A stretch of DNA of 64,000 nucleotides, taken from an uncultured Candidatus Saccharibacteria bacterium (lineage in GTDB: Bacteria > Patescibacteriota > Saccharimonadia > Saccharimonadales > Saccharimonadaceae). Positions 57,635-64,000 of the stretch are shown in pieces. Position numbers and translations under genes: made by a program. A model generated the notes under the pieces. That model was not told the DNA's origin, did no database searches, and saw only the letters and a program-made list of their open reading frames with translations. The stretch spans positions 470,266-534,265 of the forward strand of contig CAVQWH010000001.1 in assembly GCA_963717595.1 (NCBI GenBank). The letters run 5' to 3'. Position 1 is the first letter of the stretch. Each line of letters starts with the position of its first letter.

Positions 57635-58066
57635 ATGGCTGATCGGCTGAAAAAGATCGACTGTAAAATAATCGACGGTCCCTCAAGATGGCATTTGATG
57701 CAAAGCCTATTTGCTCGTGAGGAATTGAGATTTAGGCTTGATGGTGCTTTCAAGCAGCGGACTGAACAGTTTGTGATCGTACGGGTCAGAGCGCTTGCAA
57801 ATGAGGTATCACAAGAGTTCAGCGCTCAGATCAAAAAACTGAACGCAAATGTCCCAAGCGACATAAACAGTAGTTGGCTGGTGATGGGGTACATGAGGGT
57901 CTTTCGTGACGTTCACTGCACCTACGCTGTCTTCATTATGTACTCCGATTCTGCTCGCAAGGGTCTGTTGCATGCTGTTCAGTATGGTGACGAGCCATTT
58001 GAGGAGCTCAAGCTACCCCCTATCAGCAAATGTGCTGACTTGATCGTAAGAGGGCAGGCGGCCTAA
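57635..58066 (+). CDS. moderately GC-enriched orphan protein (143 aa), unknown function
   Basis: AGGAGG lies 8 nt upstream of the ATG. An upstream TGtTATAAT extended -10 is present. Two leader hairpins precede it and a terminator follows. Confidence 0.5.
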   Translation: MADRLKKIDCKIIDGPSRWHLMQSLFAREELRFRLDGAFKQRTEQFVIVRVRALANEVSQEFSAQIKKLNANVPSDINSSWLVMGYMRVFRDVHCTYAVFIMYSDSARKGLLHAVQYGDEPFEELKLPPISKCADLIVRGQAA

Positions 58067-58139
58067 GACTGGTTTGATGGGTAGGCAGGTCTCAACTAGA
58101 GATAAGAGCGGTCCGAAACCCGCCACCTTCTGCCTAAAA

Positions 58140-58170
58140 GCCCCTTAGAATCTAAGGGGCTAATTTTATT
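58140..58170. terminator. bidirectional intrinsic terminator
   Basis: ccccttag (58141-58148) / ctaagggg (58152-58159), followed by a T-run, between convergent genes. Confidence 0.55.
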
Positions 58171-58627
58171 GGTAATCTTTTTGGTAGTTTCCTTTAACTT
58201 CTACTTTTTTACCTTCAACATTTGTATAAGAGAATTTATAAGCCTGCTCATCGCCTCTAACTTGATATTTAAAATGAGGGAGCTTAGCTGTGTCTTTGAT
58301 GTCTTTAAGTTCTGATTTTTTGATTGTTGGAAAATCTTTAGAACTATCTTTAATGGTCTGAACCATAAAATTGATATCAATAGGGTAATTTCCCTCTACA
58401 ACATAATACAGGTTTAGCACACTTTTTAAGTATTCTGCACGTGCTTTATATAGCCTAGCGTACTTATCAGTATTTGCACTAATATCAGCTTTGTTTTGTT
58501 CTTTTTGAGTAATATGATGTGGCGAAGTATTTTGAGAAATAAAAAGAAGAATAATTATTACTCCTAAGACTATAGCTACCCCTCCTATTAACTGTTCTCT
58601 ACTTAAACTATGGTCCTGTTGCGCCAT
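58166..58627 (-). CDS. membrane-anchored hypothetical protein (153 aa)
   Basis: One N-terminal TM helix. No motif was recognised. Confidence 0.45.
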   Translation of the reverse strand: MAQQDHSLSREQLIGGVAIVLGVIIILLFISQNTSPHHITQKEQNKADISANTDKYARLYKARAEYLKSVLNLYYVVEGNYPIDINFMVQTIKDSSKDFPTIKKSELKDIKDTAKLPHFKYQVRGDEQAYKFSYTNVEGKKVEVKGNYQKDYQ

Positions 58628-58711
58628 CTTTTGTCCCCTGTACTTAAAGTTTGAATTGGAATTATTATAACACTACAGATGCTATGGCGGTTATATACTA
58701 AACAAACCCAA

Positions 58712-59456
58712 TTAGATTAAGTCGCTACTTTTACCTAAATTACAATCCTGGCACAAAGTTTGTAGATTATCTAAAGTATTTTCACCACCTTTAGAGAATG
58801 GTTTTATGTGGTCAATATGTAGAATTGTGCCTGCATCGGTAGCGGGACTTTTCCCACAGTACACACAACGAAACTTATCTCTACTCAATACTTTCACTCG
58901 TAGGTTTAATGGAATTGTCCTAGTTTTGGAAGTCTTAGGTGCTATAGGTTTAATTATTTTAACTTTAGGGGAATTAACTTTGCGAACCTTACTTATACCA
59001 CTATCTTCTGTTACTTTTTCGCCAGACTTGTACTCAATAAACTTTAGGCAGGCGTTCGTCCAACCGCCAAAATGTCGGTAAAGAGTATCGTAGCTTATCA
59101 CGGGGCGAGCACTGGTCTGATTCGTCTCTAGAGGGACGGTGACCGAGCATACGCCAAATCCTTTCCATTTCATCAAACATCTCTTGTTCAGAGTATGACT
59201 TTCTTCTAGTCGTGATACGGAATTTAATACCCTTAGCCTTTAAGTGTTCGGCTAAAAACTGCAACGCTTTTTCCCAAGATCCAAACTCCCTATAAATCGT
59301 GTAGTCACTAATCCCAGCAATTTTATTAAAGTCACTTTGCCTAAAGTCTGTGTAGTTGAAATGCTCCGCAACCTTTTCAAGTTCAGAGACCATTTTCTTC
59401 CTGGATATTTTACTAGCTTGCCGCCGCTCTAGCTCAAACTTAAAGTCGTCAGACAT
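58712..59456 (-). CDS. HNH endonuclease with two N-terminal FG(S/G)W repeat modules, split by a frameshift
   Basis: ORFs 59034..59456 (..YREFGSWEKAL..) and 58712..59176 (..YRHFGGWTNAC.. CVYCGK...HIDHIKPFSKGGENTLDNLQTLCQDCNLGK). The frame change is near 59125-59145. Confidence 0.75.
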
Positions 59457-59465
59457 ACTTATAAA

Positions 59466-60401
59466 CTACTTCCCAGCTTTAGATATTTTACCTAGCGTAT
59501 CTTCAAAATCGCCCTTTATCTTCAAAGGTTTTTCTGAGCTATATGGAGTAGCGGGATTGCGACTCACGCCTAGCTCAAGCTGATTTGAAGTTTGATTATT
59601 CTTTAACGCTTTCCTTTGTCGGTTAGCCTCTGCTTGAAGTAGCTCAAATCTTTCTTCTTGTGACTTACCTTGTTCAATATACATTGAATTTAAGCTTTCA
59701 AGGTTAGATAAAAGAATTAACTGGCTAATAGTGGCGTAATCTCTTTGATTAAATCCTCCCTTAGCTTTGTCTGTATTAGTCTTCTTCCATTCAGAAGCCG
59801 AGAGACCAAAGACTATTAAATTAAGTAAGTCGGCTTCATTAGCATAGTGAATACCGTGCTTTGCAGTGGGCAGATTTGAGCTTGGTATTATAGAATTTTT
59901 TACTGCCACTGTTTGTAGCTTGTAGTTAACCATTGATAGATAACGTCTACTGTCCCACAGTTGAAGATTGCCTTCGTTTTCTTTAAGACGCTGAAATTCT
60001 TTAATAAGCAAAAGTTTAAATTCTGGGCTAATCCATGTACCAAACTCAAAGGCTATATCCACATGTGCATAAGTCCCTCCATAGCGACCTGATTTTGACA
60101 CAATTCCGATTGCATTTGTGGCTGTAGCCCACTTTCTTGGCGTGTTCGTAAAGCTGTTAAGGCCTGCTTGTTTTTTAAAGGTGTCGAATTCGACACCTTT
60201 AAAATCTGGGTTGTGGATACTTTCCCAAATTCCCAAAAATTCCACTACATTTCTATTACGCATCCAGTTATATATAGCCTGGTCTCCGCCATAGTTGCGT
60301 GCCATGTCAGTCAAAGAAATATAATCTTTATTATCAACCTTAGCTACGCTAATAGTAATGTCGTCTACATTCAAAAATGTCTTTCGCTTTTTAGGTACCA
60401 T
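59466..60401 (-). CDS. KilA-N domain DNA-binding protein
   Basis: ISLTDMARNYGG...NWMRNRNVVEFLGIWE...GRYGGTYAHVDIAFEFGTWISPEFKLLLIKEFQRLK. Confidence 0.8.
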   Translation of the reverse strand: MVPKKRKTFLNVDDITISVAKVDNKDYISLTDMARNYGGDQAIYNWMRNRNVVEFLGIWESIHNPDFKGVEFDTFKKQAGLNSFTNTPRKWATATNAIGIVSKSGRYGGTYAHVDIAFEFGTWISPEFKLLLIKEFQRLKENEGNLQLWDSRRYLSMVNYKLQTVAVKNSIIPSSNLPTAKHGIHYANEADLLNLIVFGLSASEWKKTNTDKAKGGFNQRDYATISQLILLSNLESLNSMYIEQGKSQEERFELLQAEANRQRKALKNNQTSNQLELGVSRNPATPYSSEKPLKIKGDFEDTLGKISKAGK

Positions 60402-60405
60402 ACTT

Positions 60406-61281
60406 TTATCCTATCAACTCCATGTAAGTTAATCTATTATTAATATTTATAAACCAATTTTTAAATCGTTCACTATCGTCTAATTTTCTAGTGTTATATC
60501 TAAATTCAGTTTCACTACAATACTTTTGCAAATGTTTTGGGCTGACATGGTGGTAAATACCATAAATACTTCGCTTTAACTGAGACCAAATATTTTCAAT
60601 ATTTTGTGTATGAGTCAAGCCAGCTACATATTGCTGGGTTAAGTGATTAACCACACTGTGCTTATAGCCACGGCGACCAAGGGTTTTGTAAGCTTGCCAC
60701 TGGTCACTATAGATTTGAGACAATGGAGTAACATTCTTGGTTATTTCAGGCATTAAAACCCTAACCCCGGAACTTTTTACATGCTTGAGCCTACTATTAC
60801 CATCACGCTCAACCATGCCAAACACAACCGATTTTTCTGCTAGCTTTTTAAAAGCACGGTTACGGGATTTGCCGCCAATATATGTTTCGTCTATTTCTAC
60901 ACTGCCACTTAGTAAATCATCATTGCCTTTTTCTAGGGCATAGCGTATCCGTTGCAGCATAAACCATGCTGTTTTCTGGGTTACTCCAGCATACTTACTT
61001 AGTTGCACCGATGATATACCTTTTTTGAGAGAAGTGGCTAGGTATATAGCTAAAAACCATTTATAAAGTGGGACTTTGCTATCACTAAAAATAGTGCCAA
61101 CCTTAGCAGTAAATTGTTTACGACAATCACCGCACTTGAAAAGCTTTCCGTTGGTAAACTTATAAGTCTTTAAGCTACCACAATGGGGGCAGATTGCTTT
61201 ATTTCCCCAGCGGGCTTTTTCCAAATAATCCAAGCAAGCTTGTTCAGAGCTAAATTTTTGTTGAAACTCTACCAGATTCAT
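60406..61281 (-). mobile_element. IS1595-family (ISXO2-like) DDE transposase gene; element ends not identified
   Basis: N-terminal zinc ribbon CPHCGS...FKCGDCRKQF and the VEIDETYIGGK core. Its stop lies 4 nt before the KilA-N start. Confidence 0.8.
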
Positions 61282-61340
61282 ACCCCTATTTTATCAAAGA
61301 TAGTTGGGTGTGTCAAGTATATAATTGCCGATGCTATATA

Positions 61341-61369
61341 TTGACAAAACTACTGTTTTTTGCTATAGT
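61341..61369 (+). promoter_or_regulatory. sigma70-like promoter (TTGACA-17-TATAGT), close to the start codon
   Basis: TTGACA at 61341-61346 and TATAGT at 61364-61369. The ATG is at 61381. Confidence 0.5.
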
Positions 61370-61380
61370 ATCATACTGCT

Positions 61381-62118
61381 ATGACAAACCATAACCAACA
61401 CCAGTCACCAAGGCCACCACTTCCCGAAACATTGGACACTTTTTTGGATAGGCACGATTTGCCAAAAGAGCAAATTACTCTTGATAAAGTGGCTAATGAT
61501 GTGGCGATTAACGCGTTGGTTAGTCGGCTTTCCCAGGAAGAATCCCGTGCAGAGCGCGCCGGTATCGACTTTAAGACAGGCTGTTTGAATGAAACTGGTT
61601 TTAACGAATTTTTGAGCCAGCGAGATAAACTTGGCCGCCGTTCAAGCGACGTTTTGCCCAATGGCACGCTGGTGTTGGTGGTTGATATGGATAAACTGAA
61701 AGAAGTTAATGACAGCTTAGGCCACGGAACTGGTAATAAAGCTATTAAAACGGTTGCCGATGGTATTAAAGCTTCTTTGCGTGAAGGTGATGTAGTGGCA
61801 CGAATTGGCGGCGACGAATTTGTAGCGGTCGTAGATATTTATGCCAGCAATCCTGGCGAAATCCAAGAGCAAATCTTGGCCAAAGTTCAGGGCGCACTTG
61901 CGCATCTAGGCGTGGAAGTGTCTAATAAGGCATTGATAGTTAGGGGTAATAGTCCCTATGTCGACGGTGCCTTACACGGCAATACACTAAAAATTAGTGC
62001 TAGTGTTGGTGGCAAATATATTAGAGGCTTTGGCAGCAGCGAAAGAGTTCGCGAAGCTATTGAAGAAGCTGACGCTAAAATGTACGAACGCAAACGTGCC
62101 GCTGGCGTTGCACGCTAA
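61381..62118 (+). CDS. GGDEF-domain diguanylate cyclase
   Basis: RIGGDEFVAV active-site motif; 245 aa with no obvious sensor domain. Confidence 0.85.
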   Translation: MTNHNQHQSPRPPLPETLDTFLDRHDLPKEQITLDKVANDVAINALVSRLSQEESRAERAGIDFKTGCLNETGFNEFLSQRDKLGRRSSDVLPNGTLVLVVDMDKLKEVNDSLGHGTGNKAIKTVADGIKASLREGDVVARIGGDEFVAVVDIYASNPGEIQEQILAKVQGALAHLGVEVSNKALIVRGNSPYVDGALHGNTLKISASVGGKYIRGFGSSERVREAIEEADAKMYERKRAAGVAR

Positions 62119-62159
62119 CACTACCCCTGATAGATAAAATGCGTTAAAATAGCCTAAGT

Positions 62160-64000
62160 ATGAATGCTCAGGAGATTCGAAAGGCATATTTAGATTTTTA
62201 TGCTAAAAAGCAGCACGCGGTTATTCCACGGGCCAGTTTAGTGCCTAAAGACGACCCAACAACGCTTTTTACAGGCAGCGGTATGCAGCCGATGATTCCT
62301 TATTTATTAGGAGAAAAACACCAAGACGGCAAACGCTTGGTCGACAGCCAGGTGTGTTTGCGGGCGCAAGATATCGATGAAGTGGGAGATGAAAGCCACA
62401 CGACTTCTTTTGAGATGCTTGGCAATTGGTCGCTGGGTGACTACTACAAAACAGAGCAAATCCAGTGGATAGCTGAGTTTTTGTTTGACATCGTAGGCTT
62501 GGATCCGAATAAGGTCTACGTTTCTTGCTATATAGGAAATAAAAAATATGGCATTCCACAAGATGAAGAAGCAATTAAATTGTGGCAATCTGAGTTTAAA
62601 AAGCGTGGTATTGACGCCAAAGTTGTTGAGATTGGTTCGGCAGAAAACGGAGCGAAAACTGGCATGCAGGGCGGTCGCATTTTTCTCTATGACGGCAAAG
62701 AAAATTGGTGGAGCCGTAACGGCGATGAAGACGGGACGCTTGTAGGTGACCCGTGTGGGCCGGATTCAGAAATGTTTTATGACTTCGGTGAAGAGCATCA
62801 CGATGAAAAAAAGTGGGGCAAACCGCATCCTGCCAGTGACTCACCGCGCTTTTTTGAAATCGGAAATAATGTGTTTATGGGCTACAAAAAACTTGCCCAG
62901 GGCAAGTTTGATAAGCTTTCTGATCCTAATATCGACCATGGTTCGGGCTTGGAGCGTATCGCCGCAGCTGCGCTAGACAGCCCTGATGTTTTTAAAATAA
63001 GCCTTATATGGCCAATTATTGAAAAGTTGGAAGACATATCTGGCAAAAGCTATGATAGCCACACCAACGCTATGCGCGTGATTGCAGACCACTTGCGTGG
63101 CGCTACATTCCTAGCAGTGGATGGCATAACGCCAAGCAATAAAGAGCAAGGCTATGTGATGCGGCGCTTGCTGCGCCGGGCAATCCGCTTTGCCTTGGAA
63201 TTGGGTGTAGAGCAGAATTTTATGCAAGAAATCGTGCCGGTGATTGCCGGTATTTACCATGAAGACTTCCCAGAAGTTGCTAAAAATCGTGACAAAGTTC
63301 TAGAGGTGCTGGCGAAAGAGGAAAAAGTCTTTAGGCAAACTCTGCGCAAAGGCCTCCGCGAGTTTGATAATTTCATTCGACTTGCTGAGAACCAGCCAAT
63401 TACCGGCAAGGTTATTTTTACACTTTATGATACATACGGTTTTCCATCCGAGCTTAGCTTGGAAGAGGCTTATAAACGCGGAATCGAAGTGAGTAAAAGT
63501 TGGCAAAAAGAATTTGACTCCAACATGCAAGAACAGCGAGAACGTAGCCAAACTGCAACCAAAGGCGTTTTTAAAGGCGGCTTGGCTGATCATTCCAGTG
63601 AGACCAAAAAACTCCATACCGCAACACACTTAATGTATGAAGCTTTGCGCCAAATACTGGGCGACCATGTGGTGCAGCGTGGCAGTAACGTAAATGCCGA
63701 GCGCACGCGCTTTGACTTTTCTCAACCTGAAAAGGTGACCCGTGAGCAGCTAGATGAAGTAGAGAAAATCGTCAACAAACAGATTGAAAAAGATCTTAGT
63801 GTCGATTGGAAAGAATATCCGACAGACGAAGCTTTCAAAATGGGAGCCAAGGGTGCGTTTGGTGATAAATATGGCGATAAGGTCAAGGTTTACACCATGG
63901 GCAAGCCTGGTGAAAAACCGTTTAGCATTGAGATTTGCGGTGGCCCGCACGTAGAACATACCGGCCAGCTAGGCGAGGGTGACAAGAAATTCAAAATCAC
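62160..64000 (+). CDS. alaS: alanine--tRNA ligase (5' part; continues past the window)
   Basis: Read by eye from ATG 62160: MNAQEIRKAYLDFYAKKQHAVIPRASLVPKDDPTTLFTGSGMQP...FEMLGNWSLGDYY...HGSGLERI...HTATHLMYEALRQ...CGGPHV. It is absent from the track because no stop occurs in the window. Confidence 0.9.
   Translation, partial: MNAQEIRKAYLDFYAKKQHAVIPRASLVPKDDPTTLFTGSGMQPMIPYLLGEKHQDGKRLVDSQVCLRAQDIDEVGDESHTTSFEMLGNWSLGDYYKTEQIQWIAEFLFDIVGLDPNKVYVSCYIGNKKYGIPQDEEAIKLWQSEFKKRGIDAKVVEIGSAENGAKTGMQGGRIFLYDGKENWWSRNGDEDGTLVGDPCGPDSEMFYDFGEEHHDEKKWGKPHPASDSPRFFEIGNNVFMGYKKLAQGKFDKLSDPNIDHGSGLERIAAAALDSPDVFKISLIWPIIEKLEDISGKSYDSHTNAMRVIADHLRGATFLAVDGITPSNKEQGYVMRRLLRRAIRFALELGVEQNFMQEIVPVIAGIYHEDFPEVAKNRDKVLEVLAKEEKVFRQTLRKGLREFDNFIRLAENQPITGKVIFTLYDTYGFPSELSLEEAYKRGIEVSKSWQKEFDSNMQEQRERSQTATKGVFKGGLADHSSETKKLHTATHLMYEALRQILGDHVVQRGSNVNAERTRFDFSQPEKVTREQLDEVEKIVNKQIEKDLSVDWKEYPTDEAFKMGAKGAFGDKYGDKVKVYTMGKPGEKPFSIEICGGPHVEHTGQLGEGDKKFKI

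Noticed and set aside
60380-61340. Terminal inverted repeats or target-site duplication delimiting a simple IS1595 element
   Set aside because: Comparing 61282-61340 with the region around the transposase stop by eye gave no convincing inverted match. There is only a weak direct similarity (ctattttatc / tacttttatc). The ends are left undefined.
1-64000. CRISPR arrays, rRNA genes, prophage structural modules, integrases
   Set aside because: Reading both strands, I found none of the following:
- regularly spaced direct repeats;
- rRNA-like conserved blocks;
- capsid, terminase or portal-like ORFs;
- tyrosine- or serine-recombinase motifs.

Overview
The window is AT-rich and gene-dense, and most of it is housekeeping. 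Hand counts of single 60-nt lines give about 42% G+C in core genes. I call about 70 CDS and 4 tRNAs, and found no rRNA and no CRISPR array. Core genes include corA, aspS (archaeal type), ndh, trmB, murC, uppP, tilS, ftsH, murJ, lepA, pgk, tpiA, pcrA, rsmA, pgeF, metG, tatD, a cysteine desulfurase, mnmA and alaS (runs off the 3' end). The gene content is consistent with a reduced Patescibacteria/CPR genome, possibly Saccharibacteria-like: type IV pilin, GH37 trehalase, Rpf/G5 muralytic protein, LPXTG protein, thiol-disulfide modules, three tRNA-CAU plus tilS, and no biosynthetic operons. That placement is inference only.

Observations worth a second look:
1. Five GC-rich, foreign-looking inserts sit in the AT-rich backbone. 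Three of them, and possibly a fourth, sit behind near-consensus AT-rich sigma70-like promoters.
2. The largest insert (38.4-40.2 kb) encodes a Cys-rich secreted protein. It is bracketed by a 16+9 bp inverted repeat and preceded by a long structured leader.
3. One insert is a decayed long-form purC.
4. A 199-bp diverged duplication of the mnmA 3' end flanks a 1.6-kb islet. Its right junction cuts a Doc/Fic toxin gene exactly at a 9-bp microhomology.
5. Next to that lies a tightly coupled operon of IS1595-type transposase, KilA-N and HNH.
6. A partial tRNA-fMet duplicate carries a 76-nt insert in the T-loop.
7. tatD carries an in-frame palindromic insertion.
8. A disulfide-reductase homolog lacks its redox cysteines.
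9. Single-base frameshifts, most of those that could be localised lying in short homopolymer runs, are unusually frequent in conserved genes (pgk, rsmA, an ABC permease, a DsbA-like gene and others). These are more likely assembly errors than biology.

All functional calls rest on motifs read by eye from the ORF track. No database search was possible.
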